Virus record (IMG/VR): IMGVR_UViG_3300027704_000017
Coordinates: 5,034 to 69,033 of that record
DNA: 64,000 nt
Origin: a virus
Direction: 5' to 3' (one strand)
In this document: positions 10,801-20,941 of the stretch, in pieces
Position numbering within the stretch: position 1 is the first letter of the stretch
Layout of the letters: every line of letters starts with the position of its first letter
Position numbers and translations under genes: made by a program
Notes under the pieces: model-generated
The model's database searches: none
What the model was told of the DNA's origin: nothing
What the model saw: only the letters and a program-made list of their open reading frames with translations

Positions 10801-13800
10801 TGCTGTGTATGAAGATGCGGAATATGTGTGGCATAACGATAAAATTTACGAAAAGAGTGGAGCTGGGTCACTAGGCACAGCACCTTCTGGAAACAGCTCT
10901 AGTGTTAATCCGCTCACAAAAATCTCGGGAACGGGGCCTAGTACTATAGCTATAAATGTTTCTTTAAGTACTTTTGAAGGAAACCCTATAGTTAAAAAAT
11001 ATAACTCTAATACTACAAGCTTTGGAACAGGATACTCTTTGTATGATGCTGATAATGTAAAATATTGGAGATACTTAGGGTGGGATTCTCCTAGCCAAAG
11101 TCAAGTGACTAGGCATCAAACCAATGCTATTGTTAACACAACTAGTTCTGTATTTGAAAATATTAATGCTATGCTTGCACATTTTAATGGTATGCTTCGA
11201 TACGTTAATGGAAAGTACGAAATTGTAGTAAAGACAGCAACTGATACCTTTGGTACTGCTCAAAGTATCGGAGACGATGATATAATTGGAGCTATCAATG
11301 TTGAGGATGCAGGACAAAAAGGTACTTTTAATAGTGTTTCTGTTTCTATTCCCGACCCTCAAAACAGATACAACGGTCGCAGTGTAAACTTTATTAACTC
11401 TACCTATATAAAGCAAGATCGAAATGTTCCAAAGAAAGGAAACCTAAAAACTCCTTACATTACTAACTACTTTAACGCAAGAATAAATGCAAAACAGTAT
11501 CTTGAAGAATCCCGCAAGAACTTAAAAATAGCGTTTAAAATGGAGCCTAAAGGTTTATTGCTAACAGCAGGTAGTTTAATAAAAGTAACAAACACTAGAT
11601 TTAACTGGTCAGATAAACTCTTTAGACTTAGTAACTTAACTTTTACAGAAGACTGTCTTGTTAATGTAACTGCCGAAGAACACAGTGAAGAAGCTTTCTT
11701 AATCTCTACGATTGACGGAGGGTCTGTAACAGGTTCAGACGGTGGAGCTCCAGCAATTGTAACAATAGCTCCTCATACCAATCTTTCCATACCTGCTAAT
11801 AGTTTGAAAGGGGGTGCAAGACTTACGTGGACTAACTCAGCTAAATTTAATTCCGCTACTCATACTACGGAGATATGGAGGTCTAGTTCTAATGATGTTT
11901 CAACCGCAAGTATTGTAGGTCTAAGCAAATCTGGATTAAAAAGTGCCACAGGAGAATTTACAGATGCCGTTGTTACAGGAGGGGCCACCTTTTTTTACTG
12001 GGTTCGTTACTCGGTTGTTAATTCTGCTACTGTTATTAAAGAATTAAACTCCGTATATGTAGGGTCTGTTTCAGCTACGACCACGGACATTGTTAACGGG
12101 GTGGATGGAGATCAAGGAGTTAATACAGCTGCGGTCTACGCATACAAAAGAGCCAGCAGCGCCTTAGCGTCTTCCAACAAACCTAGTACTACTCGTACTT
12201 GGACTTTTGCTACAGGTACTTTTAACAACACAGATTTAGGAAACGGGTGGACCTCTACAGTGCCTTCAGGTACTGATGATGTATATGTTTGCGTAGCAGT
12301 ATCAGCGGCTGAGGCAGATACTGATAGTGTTGCTGCGGCTGATTGGAGCGCACCTCAACTATTTGCATCCAATGGTGCTGATGCTGTTAATAGTGCTCCT
12401 GTCTTTGCTTATAAGAGATCTGCAAGTGCAGTAAATAATAAACCTAGTACTACTCGTACTTGGACATTTTCGACAGCAGTATTTAATAACATAAATTTAG
12501 GAAATGGATTTACTTCAACAGTGCCTTCCGGTACTGATGACATTTATATATGTACTGCAGTAGCTTCTAGTGTTAACTCTACTGATAATGTTGCTGCAGC
12601 TGATTGGAGTGCTGCTGAACTTTTTGCCTCTAACGGAGACGATGGAGACGATGGAGATGATGGAGCTGACGGTGTTGACGGCATTACAGTAGTTCTGTCT
12701 AATGAAAGTCACTCTCTTCTTACAGCAGCAAACGGGGATGTTACATATACTGGCTCTGGCACTACTATACGACTATACGAAGGTACCACCGAGCTTATAT
12801 ATGACGGAGTAGGTACTGCAAGCTCTAGGTGGAAAGCGACGACAACAGGAGTTTCTGTGACTGCAGGAAGTGTTGCCGACAGTGGAGACTTTGCAACAGT
12901 AGGAAACCACAGCTCTATGACCGCTAACGTAGCTTCTGTTACTTATAACATCACGGGTAAAAGAGCAAATGGAACTGCGTTTAGCTTTGCAAGAATACAA
13001 TCTTTAACTAAAACTATAACAGGTACTGACGGAGACCCTGGTGCTGCAGGTATTAATACTGCGGTTGTATATGCGTATCAAAGAGCTAGTAGTAATCCGG
13101 GTAACAAGCCTAGCACTACCCGTACTTGGTCTTTTGGTAGTGGCTCCTTCAATTCTTCTGATCTTGGTAATAGTTGGACCTCTATTATACCTACAGGCTC
13201 TGCGGATTTGTATTTCTGTGCTGCAGTAGCTAATGGAACAGGGTCTACGGATACTGTAGCGGCAGGAGACTGGACGGCCGCGCAATTATTCTCTTCTAAT
13301 GGAGATAACGGTGCTGCGGGAGCCAATGGTGCTCCGGTATCTTTATATCGTAAAAGTACAAGTAACTCTTCTGCACCAGCTTCGTTTAGCGGTACCTTTA
13401 CATATACTTTTGCTACGGGTGCAGTAACAGGAGGTACTCTTAATAGCTGGACAGCTACAGTTCCAACTTTAGCTGCAGGAGAGTATGCATGGGTAAGACA
13501 AGCTACTGCCAGCGCCAGCGCAACTACTGATACTATTCCTACTAGCGAGTTCTCAGCTGCTGTAGTTCATAGTGGAGTAGGAGAAGATGGCGCAAGTGTG
13601 ACAGGTGCGGCAGGTAACTCTAATGCCTTAGTAGCCTTGTATAGAGTATCCAGTAGTGGTTCTTCCGCACCGGCTTCCTTTAGTGGTACCCTTACATATA
13701 CTTTTGCTACGGGTGCGGTAACAGGAGGTACTCTTAATAGCTGGACTCGTACAATACCTACAGTAGCTCAAGGGTCTTATTTATGGGTAAGACAAGCTAC

Positions 13801-14494
13801 TGCAAGTTCTAATACTAATACTGATACTATTGCTATAGGGGAATGGTCTGCTGCTGTTGTGACAAGTGCTTCTGGTGTTAATGGGGACCCAGGCGCTGCA
13901 GGTGTCAATACTGCGCCGGTCTTTGCGTATAAACGAGCTAGTAGTACACCTGGAAATAAGCCAGGCACTACCCGTACTTATACTTTCTCAACGGGTGTAT
14001 TTAATAATTCAAGTCTAGGAAATAGCTGGACTTCGACTATACCTAGCGGTACAACCAATCTGTATATATGTACTGCAATCGCATCTTCGACGTCTAGTAC
14101 GGACAATGTTGTAGCGGGGGATTGGAGTAGTGCCCAACTATTTGCAGCTAGTGGGGTTGACGGAGATACTGGGCCGAGCGGTTTCTTATTCTTTTTATCC
14201 GGAGACTCTAGTACTGATAATGCTCATATTAGTGCGAGCAGCCCCGCAACAGGACAGATAGCAATTGTAGAGAATACAAGCGGCGCGCAGGCAGGTTATA
14301 GATATAGCGGCTCGGCATGGGTATCTAAGGACCTAATTAATACAGGTATAATCGTGGCCGATGCTATTAAGTCTGAACAACTAGAAATCTCTGCGGATTC
14401 TGGCAATGATAGAATCCAGATGGACGGAACAAATAATGTAATTAAAATATACAGTGGAGGCGTTCTTCGTATTAAAATAGGAAATCTTGCCTAA
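7874..14494 (+). CDS. Baseplate hub (pb3-like) fused to repeat-containing central fibre
   Basis: AHLVKFEKP N-terminus, LPVVYG, YLTSERYGRGL hub motifs; FNIII-like segment; C-terminal IKIYSGGVLRIKIGNL typical of central fibre ends. Confidence 0.85.
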   Translation: MAHRTLHADLEASLLANDAFAYAHLVKFEKPIDTETGYPVKTAKDYAYISDGSHDVSFDDGSKDINGNANGSQVYIANRLKKVGSVTETIQARASNINLEIDAIALNTTFTSVSTFTSTTFTAGSSIVDEGFAEGDTILLTSSNSNNTAKIRIDSFSNENKTASYTPINRSSLSTGSANYTFSFASDEVQAILQDTGETGYAGYINREVFIYKAHINPDTGVIIGAPYLLFKGIIASAKLSEKLSEDVTKDSKISWSLTSHWGDFVRVNGRLTSDPEHRALNGEGVSDSLALIRPEYGSDLGFMHSEQALNLVANYNVMVTKTKLKMKRKWYGAKTYKQVEYQEEEEREVDLRFNLDAKRLPVVYGVQRIQSFPVFVDTKNDDSKQVYVAYAMCEGEIGGLYDIYIDDQSSICIDKNDLTTRSGDATNSEVICTGRMDRGDTLTAQNVSSGTAVSYNPMTGTFGSGWEGYNGTDGAYGIYLRNLTPIADTSVSGGASTQGAGIYHEKGTKLDSPLPMKLTMHTGKPFQKSDDTLSAIAAAGNFKIQTDYFTGTGDYWGPNHQLLDTAYVTAHYTIGEGDTTIPDLEFVVRGKVIDCYDYDDSFVQDSFYSGSDAAITAFNIGDIVTIKNTSNATLGTSTIADISTYKDTNNNDVHRVRFQDLDRTDSSNVVHTAFYMLNGSNQKYSFATHDNVYVDSSVPATLTAVTSFSDNSGGSSIDATFTSPSTALQEAVSISDFVTIVDNADLAGSVAAIIDTMGSTFEFTNSSGVLRDIGGATGASSLASTAKVIIKDCIQLSSSSSDTDDAYNGMIVEVTRNYNDNSTHVQKHTIVDYDGGTRVAKVDKPFDNIAVPQAGDTFRILNKGDKRVSLNPTIQLVDYLTSERYGRGLNVLEDLDPDSFKQAARDCDTRSDVTMLLANTSVALNAVYKLLDTNSKLRFQGKVKTITAVTVGGTTYDEVTFTDVIGKVAKKWTDYAVYEDAEYVWHNDKIYEKSGAGSLGTAPSGNSSSVNPLTKISGTGPSTIAINVSLSTFEGNPIVKKYNSNTTSFGTGYSLYDADNVKYWRYLGWDSPSQSQVTRHQTNAIVNTTSSVFENINAMLAHFNGMLRYVNGKYEIVVKTATDTFGTAQSIGDDDIIGAINVEDAGQKGTFNSVSVSIPDPQNRYNGRSVNFINSTYIKQDRNVPKKGNLKTPYITNYFNARINAKQYLEESRKNLKIAFKMEPKGLLLTAGSLIKVTNTRFNWSDKLFRLSNLTFTEDCLVNVTAEEHSEEAFLISTIDGGSVTGSDGGAPAIVTIAPHTNLSIPANSLKGGARLTWTNSAKFNSATHTTEIWRSSSNDVSTASIVGLSKSGLKSATGEFTDAVVTGGATFFYWVRYSVVNSATVIKELNSVYVGSVSATTTDIVNGVDGDQGVNTAAVYAYKRASSALASSNKPSTTRTWTFATGTFNNTDLGNGWTSTVPSGTDDVYVCVAVSAAEADTDSVAAADWSAPQLFASNGADAVNSAPVFAYKRSASAVNNKPSTTRTWTFSTAVFNNINLGNGFTSTVPSGTDDIYICTAVASSVNSTDNVAAADWSAAELFASNGDDGDDGDDGADGVDGITVVLSNESHSLLTAANGDVTYTGSGTTIRLYEGTTELIYDGVGTASSRWKATTTGVSVTAGSVADSGDFATVGNHSSMTANVASVTYNITGKRANGTAFSFARIQSLTKTITGTDGDPGAAGINTAVVYAYQRASSNPGNKPSTTRTWSFGSGSFNSSDLGNSWTSIIPTGSADLYFCAAVANGTGSTDTVAAGDWTAAQLFSSNGDNGAAGANGAPVSLYRKSTSNSSAPASFSGTFTYTFATGAVTGGTLNSWTATVPTLAAGEYAWVRQATASASATTDTIPTSEFSAAVVHSGVGEDGASVTGAAGNSNALVALYRVSSSGSSAPASFSGTLTYTFATGAVTGGTLNSWTRTIPTVAQGSYLWVRQATASSNTNTDTIAIGEWSAAVVTSASGVNGDPGAAGVNTAPVFAYKRASSTPGNKPGTTRTYTFSTGVFNNSSLGNSWTSTIPSGTTNLYICTAIASSTSSTDNVVAGDWSSAQLFAASGVDGDTGPSGFLFFLSGDSSTDNAHISASSPATGQIAIVENTSGAQAGYRYSGSAWVSKDLINTGIIVADAIKSEQLEISADSGNDRIQMDGTNNVIKIYSGGVLRIKIGNLA
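12110..14170 (+). repeat. Six ~85-aa internal domain repeats (two types) with Gly-X-Y linkers
   Basis: NTAxVxAYKR...KPSTTRTWTF...W...DWSAxQLF x4; LYR...APASFSGTxTYTFATG...WVRQATA x2; GDDGDDGDDGADGVDG linker. Confidence 0.85.
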
Positions 14495-14513
14495 ACCATG
14501 GAAAAAATAAATC

Positions 14514-14542
14514 TTGACATAATAGCCCAAGTTAGCTATAAT
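14514..14542 (+). promoter_or_regulatory. sigma70-type promoter for fibre operon
   Basis: TTGACA-17bp-TATAAT. Confidence 0.85.
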
Positions 14543-14562
14543 TCTGTAATGGAGAATATACA

Positions 14563-14901
14563 ATGAGTGCAGCCCGATACAACCTAGTTATTGACCAAGG
14601 TTCCGACTTTGCGATTAGCTTTACAGTTAAAGAAGATGGATCAGTTAAAAACCTGACGGGATACTCTGCGCGTGCGCAAATGAGAACATCAAGGAATGCT
14701 ACGTCTATTGCCGCTACCTTTACGTGCACTATTGCTACCCCCACTAATGGAACAGTTGTAATGTCATTGGCAAATGGTGCTAGCTCAAGCTTAACAGCAG
14801 GAACCTATGTGTATGATTTAGAAGTATTTACTGCTAATAACGCAGCTGTAGTGAGACTTATACAAGGCTCGGTAGATCTTACTCAAGAGGTTACACGATA
14901 A
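14563..14901 (+). CDS. Collar / BppU-like fibre attachment protein (T5 p132-like)
   Basis: NLVIDQGSDF...NLTGYSARAQMR...YVYDLEV...LIQG. Confidence 0.7.
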   Translation: MSAARYNLVIDQGSDFAISFTVKEDGSVKNLTGYSARAQMRTSRNATSIAATFTCTIATPTNGTVVMSLANGASSSLTAGTYVYDLEVFTANNAAVVRLIQGSVDLTQEVTR

Positions 14902-15266
14902 TGGCAATTACTATTACAGCAACACCCATACAGAACGGTATAGCAGTCTCAGGTACTACGACTACTATTACCGCATCTGGGATAGCTCTAGGAAATACTG
15001 AAGCCTCAGCAATGGGTATTAGTAATATTACAGGACTTTCTGCAACAAACGTACAAACTGCAATCGAAGAACTAGCAGGTAATAATTTTAGGCAGGATAC
15101 CACGCCTACAGGTTCACAAGTCTCCGAGGGAGATACATGGTATGACACGGATGATAATCAACTTAAAGTATATCGCGAAACAAGTAGCGGAGTTTTTCAG
15201 TGGGCACCTATAATGGTAGGTGGCGCTGGAGGAGATTCCGATACACTTGATGCAGGATCCTATTAG
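14901..15266 (+). CDS. Virion structural / fibre adaptor protein
   Basis: ATNVQTAIEEL and EGDTWYDTDDNQLKVY motifs typical of fibre proteins. Confidence 0.55.
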   Translation: MAITITATPIQNGIAVSGTTTTITASGIALGNTEASAMGISNITGLSATNVQTAIEELAGNNFRQDTTPTGSQVSEGDTWYDTDDNQLKVYRETSSGVFQWAPIMVGGAGGDSDTLDAGSY

Positions 15267-15281
15267 GATTTGGAGTAAATA

Positions 15282-16265
15282 ATGGCTCAAACAATTAAAA
15301 TTAAAAGAAGTACCGGAACGGGTAAACCCTCATCAGTAGATCAAGGCGAGTTATTCTTTGCCTATGGTACAGGCGGTACTTATGGTAAAAAACTATCTAT
15401 AGGTAACGTAGCTGGAGGAACAAATACTCCTGAGATTATTGGTGGTTCTTACTACACTGCTATAATTGATGCTGCAACTAATTCTAATACTGCAAGCAAG
15501 CTCGTTCTGCGAGACGGCTCAGGTAACTTTAGTGCAGGAACAATTACTGCAAATTTGACAGGTAACGTTAGTGGAAGCGCTGGAACTGTTACAAGTATTT
15601 CTGCACATGATACTGATGATCTAAGTGAAGGATCTAGTAACGTATACTTTACAGATGCACGAGTATCGACTAGAGCAGATACGATACTAAACCACTCTAA
15701 TCATGGTAATATTACTGTATCTAAGGTCGGAGCTGAATTACGCTTTTCAGCGGCTGCACAGTATGCCGATAGTGATGTACAATCATACTTATCTGGAGGC
15801 ACAGGAGTAACTCTTAGTGGTTCTGGTGCGTTTAGTATTGGACAGGCTGTTGCAACCAATAGCAACGTTACTTTTGGTACCATTGGTTGTGGTAATATTA
15901 CTACTTCAGGGTACATACGTGGACCTTCCACCATGACAATTGATCCTGCAACACACGGTGATGATACAGGAACACTAGTCATTGCAGGTAACTTAACAGT
16001 TCAAGGCGCTACAACTACCGTAAACTCTAATACAGTCGCTATAGGCGATAGTATTATGACATTAAACAGTGATGAGACGGGCACACCCTCTGCAAATGCA
16101 GGTCTTGAAGTAGAAAGAGGAAATGCAACAAATGTGTCTTTTCTTTGGAACGAAACAAATGATAACTGGACAGTAAGCGATGGAAGTGCTACTTCCGTTC
16201 TGTTGACCGCAGCTAACTTTGCAGCTACGTATGCAGGTACTATAGACGGCGGCACTTACTCATAA
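15282..16265 (+). CDS. Tail fibre protein
   Basis: MAQTIKIKRS N-terminus, VLRDGSGNFSAGTITANL, TDDLSEGSSNVYFT, GNLTVQGATTTVNS motifs. Confidence 0.7.
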   Translation: MAQTIKIKRSTGTGKPSSVDQGELFFAYGTGGTYGKKLSIGNVAGGTNTPEIIGGSYYTAIIDAATNSNTASKLVLRDGSGNFSAGTITANLTGNVSGSAGTVTSISAHDTDDLSEGSSNVYFTDARVSTRADTILNHSNHGNITVSKVGAELRFSAAAQYADSDVQSYLSGGTGVTLSGSGAFSIGQAVATNSNVTFGTIGCGNITTSGYIRGPSTMTIDPATHGDDTGTLVIAGNLTVQGATTTVNSNTVAIGDSIMTLNSDETGTPSANAGLEVERGNATNVSFLWNETNDNWTVSDGSATSVLLTAANFAATYAGTIDGGTYS

Positions 16266-16307
16266 TATTAATCTCTAGCGTATATACGCAGGTACTAGGA
16301 GAGCCAA

Positions 16308-16559
16308 ATGGCACAAACAATAAAATTAAAACGCTCGGCAGCGACGGGTAATGTTCCCACTGCCGCCCAAATTGACTTGGGAGAGCTTGCTATAAATACC
16401 ACAGATGGTAGGGTATACATGAAAAAGGGTGATAATAGTATTCTCACCCTTAACCCCCATGCTTTATCTGAAATTACAAATGATATGTGGGAAGTCACTA
16501 GTACAGTGCCTAGTTCCGGAGGGTCACACCCTGCAGGTTATGTCTGGTACATAGTATAA
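16308..16559 (+). CDS. Small fibre-associated protein
   Basis: MAQTIKLKRS...GELAINTTDGRVY, paralogous to the N-terminus of the previous gene. Confidence 0.65.
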   Translation: MAQTIKLKRSAATGNVPTAAQIDLGELAINTTDGRVYMKKGDNSILTLNPHALSEITNDMWEVTSTVPSSGGSHPAGYVWYIV

Positions 16560-16560
16560 C

Positions 16561-19500
16561 ATGACTATTAAGGTGCACCACGGTGGGAATCTCGTAGAGC
16601 CCACGCAGATTATTGTAAAGGGTGCTTCTGGCACTCTTCGTGCAGTTAACTTCGTCTTAGCAAAAACCGCAAACACCTTTCTTACTGCGTGGCAAGGGAT
16701 CTACTCGACTAATCGAGGGACTACTACTGCCTTTAATACTTCAACCGCTTTTACTACTACGTTCAATACCAGTGCTACTACTAATGTAAACACTACTACT
16801 GCGTATGACACTACTTTTGATACCACCATAGCTACTAGCGTAAGCACTACGACTACTTTTGACACAGTATTTGATACAAGCCTTATCACCGCTAAAAGCA
16901 CCTCTACCGCTTTCAATACCACCTTTGCTACTAGCTTAGCAACAACAGTTGGCACCTCTACCGTATACCTTACTACCTTTGAGACTACTCGGGCAAGTAA
17001 CACAGTTTACGAAACTACTAGAGGCACTAGTAAGTCTACTACGACTACTTTTGTAACGGCATTCGACACAAGTTTGGGTACTTCTCGTAGCACTACCTCT
17101 ACTTTTGCAACTAATTTTGCTACTAGTACCTCTGTGACAACAGCTACAGTGTATAATACTACACGCGCTACCTCTACAAGTCGCACCACAACGTTTGATA
17201 CAGCGTTTCAAACCTCTAATATTACTACAGTGGCTACGCTTACTTCAAGAGCTACAGGTACGAGTAAAGCTACTGCAACTGTATATAATACTACACTAGC
17301 TACGGCTACGAGTAGTATTACTGCAAGAGGGACAACTACTGTATATAATACTACTCTAAGTACTACTACTGCGTATACTACTACTTTCAATACGGCTTCT
17401 GTATTCGTAACTCAGCGAGCAACCACTACTACTTATAATACATCTTATAATACTGCTATAGCTACGGGACGTAGTACAACTACAACTTTTACAACTGCTA
17501 CTACTCGTGGTACTACTACTGCTTTCAATACTACGACTACCTTTAACACGTCGAAAGCTACAACTACTACATATACCTCTTCATTTAACACCGGCAGAGC
17601 AACTAGTAAAGCTACGGCAACTTCGAGAAATACAGTATATACGTCTACTTTTGGAACCTCTCGGGGTACTGCTACCAGTGTTGCAACTGCTACAGCCTAT
17701 ACTACTGCTACCACTTTTAACACGAGTAGGGCTACTACGAGTGTATTTAATACTGCCCGTAATACTGCTGAGAGTCGTAATACTACTACTAGTAGAAACA
17801 CGGGTACAACGTTTGGAACTACTACAGCTTATGTAACTAATAGTGTATTTGGTACAAGTATAAGTACTGCTGAGAGTCGTAATACTATCACTAGTAGAGG
17901 TACCTCTACAGCGTTTGGAACTACTACAGCTTATACTACCGGTACTACGTTTAATACAAGTATAAGTACTGCTGAGAGTCGTAATACTACTACCAGTAGA
18001 GGCACCTCTACAGCGTTTGGAACTACTACAGCTTATACTACCGGTACTACGTTTAATACCAGCAGAAACACATTGGAAACTCGTAACACCGCTCGTAACA
18101 CGGCTGAGAGTCGTAACACTGCGACCAGCAGAAACACATTGGAAAGTCGTAACACCGCTCGTAACACGGCTGAGAGTCGTAACACTGCGACCAGCAGAAA
18201 CACATTGGAAAAACACATTGGAAAGTCGTAACACCGCTCGTAACACGGCTGAGAGTCGTAACACTGCGACTAGCAGAAACACTACTACTAGCTATAATAC
18301 AGCGAAAAATACAACTACTAGCTATAACACCGCTCGTAACACCGCGGAGAGTCGTACCACTGCGACCAGTAAAAACACTACTACTAGCTATAATACAGCG
18401 AAAAATACAACTACTAGCTATAACACCGCTCGTAACACCGCTGAGACCCGTAGCACTAGTACAGTTAAAGGTACACTCACTTCGTTTAATACAGCGAAAA
18501 ATACAACTACTAGCTATAATACAGCGAGAAATACAAGTACTAGCTATAATACAGGTCGTGGCACATATAGAGGTACGTCTAGAACAACTACGGCCTCATA
18601 CAGCGCAGACCAATATAGCAGGTCCTCGCCGGTGACGTCATCATCATACTTCTGGAGACATAACGGACTCATTCCCAACCAGGCGTATCTTATATGGGCG
18701 GGGGTTGATAAGTCTCCTACTGCAATTCCTTACACGGCTACTAGTTTTGCGAATGCCGATGGGTACACGTACTATAAAAGGGCTTTAGTCGAAAATGTCG
18801 CTGGTAGTTTTAAAGGTACCGGATTCACGGAGAATTATTATAGAATAAGAAGAAGACTTACTAATGCCTCTTATACTACAAGCTTTGTAACAAGCTATCT
18901 TACTACTTTTGGTACGAGTAAAAACACTTCAACTACTTTTGGTACGAGTAAGAATACTTCAACTACTTTTGGTACAAGCAGAAATACTACTACGTCCAAG
19001 AATACAACTACAGCCTATACTACTGCAACTACTTTTGGTACGAGTAAGAATACTGCAACTACTTTTGGTACGAGTAAGAGTACTTCAACTACTTTTGGTA
19101 CAACTACAGCCTATACTACTGGAACTACTTTTGGTACGAGTAAGGCTACTTCAACTACTTTTGGTACAAGTAAGGCTACTTCAACTGTTTTTGGTACCTC
19201 TACTGCGTATACTACTGCTACTACTTTTGGTACTACTTATACTACTAACACTGTATTTGGTACTGCTACTGCGTATACTACTGCTACTACTTTTGGTACT
19301 ACTTATACTACCAACACTGTATTTGGTACTGCTACTGCGTATACTACTGCTACTACTTTTGGTACTACTTATACTACGGGCACTACTTTTAATACTAGTC
19401 GTAACACTGCTGAGTCTCGTACTACTGGAACGAGTAGAAACACTAGTACGGCCTTTGCTACTTCTACAGCGTATGTAACTAATAGTGTGTTTAATACTAG

Positions 19501-20941
19501 TCGTAATACTGCTGAGTCTCGTACCACTGGAACGAGCAGAGGTACTACTACGGCCTTTGCTACTTCTACAGCATATGTAACTACGAGTGTATTTAATACT
19601 GCCCGTAATACTGCTGAGTCTCGTACTACTGGAACGAGTAGAGGTACTACTACGGCCTTTGCTACTTCTACAGCGTATGTAACTAATAGTGCGTTTAATA
19701 CAAGTATAAGTACTGCTGAGTCTCGCACGACTTCTACTAGTAGGAACACGGGTACTGCTTTTGCAACTTCTACAGCGTACACTACGGCTACTACCTATAA
19801 TACTAGTCTCGCAACTACTACTACCTATAATACTGCTCTCAATACGGCAGAAAGTAGAAATACTAGTAGTGTATTTGGTACCTCTACCGCTTTTAACACA
19901 GGTATAGTTACAACTAGAGGCACTACTTTTAATACCACTACAGCCTATACTACTACCTTTGGAACAAGTATTATTACAGACCGTGCTACTACTACAGTCT
20001 ATGCTACTACACTAGGAACACTAACTTCTAGAAGCACTGTCAGCACCTTTGGTACAAATACTACTCGTAGCAGTACAACTACATTTACTACTACCTTTGT
20101 TACTGCTAATGCTACAACAAGAGCTACAACTTCCGTATTTAACACTAGTATTGCAGTTTCTACAAACAGAGGCACAAGCAAAGCTACGACTACTACGTTT
20201 AATACGTCTAGAGCTAGTACTACTACGTATACTACTACTTTTAATACTACTACTACGTTTAATACTAGTAAGAATACTACTACGTTGTTTAATACAACTA
20301 CTGCGTTTAATACTACGACTACATATACTACTGCGTTTGATACTGCATTAGGTACAGCTAGAACTACTACTTTTAATACGACTACTACGTTTAATACAAC
20401 GCATAATACTACGACTACGTTTAACACAACTACTGTGTTTAATACTACTATTGCTACTACTACAGCTTTTACCACTACTTTTGGTACTTCCGTAGCCACT
20501 ACGCTTGCGACAACTACCTCGTATAATACAGTATTCAATACTAGTTTAGCAACTACTACTACTTTTAATACATCTTTGAGTACCTCAAAGAGCACTACTA
20601 GTGCTTATGACACAACTTTCGATACTAGTGGAGGAACTACAAGAGCTACTACCACTACATATACAACGTTGTTTGGAACTTACGCAGCCACAACACTTGC
20701 TACAACCACTGCGTTTACTACGGCCTTTGCAACAAGCTTAGGCACAACTAAGACTACGGTCACTCCGGGCGCTGTAACAGTATATGAGACTTTAGCTACC
20801 ACTACTCTTGCTACAGCTACATCTGTTTCTACTAATACTGTAATTTATGAAAGAGTTACAGGTACGGGAGCTACTACCGAAGTTTTATCAGGGTCAGATT
20901 ATAACACATCATATTGGGATGGATCACAATGGACAGAATAG
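16561..20941 (+). CDS. Giant Thr-rich repeat fibre protein (~1455 aa), split in this sequence by a 13-bp duplication at 18198-18223
   Basis: ORFs 16561..18231 and 18017..20941 fuse in frame when one AAACACATTGGAA copy is removed; same repeat units on both sides. Confidence 0.8.

Noticed and set aside
17760-19800. Repeats as CRISPR array or DGR
   Set aside because: In-frame coding repeats without unique spacers; no cas or reverse transcriptase in the window
16701-20595. Long Val/Leu-rich alternate-frame and antisense ORFs
   Set aside because: Shadows of ACT/ACN Thr codon repeats; no RBS or promoter
16561-20941. Ice-binding beta-solenoid (TxT) or disordered mucin interpretation
   Set aside because: No fixed coil period or turn residues and almost no Pro; neither explains the mirror complementarity. 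Ice binding as a side property is not excluded
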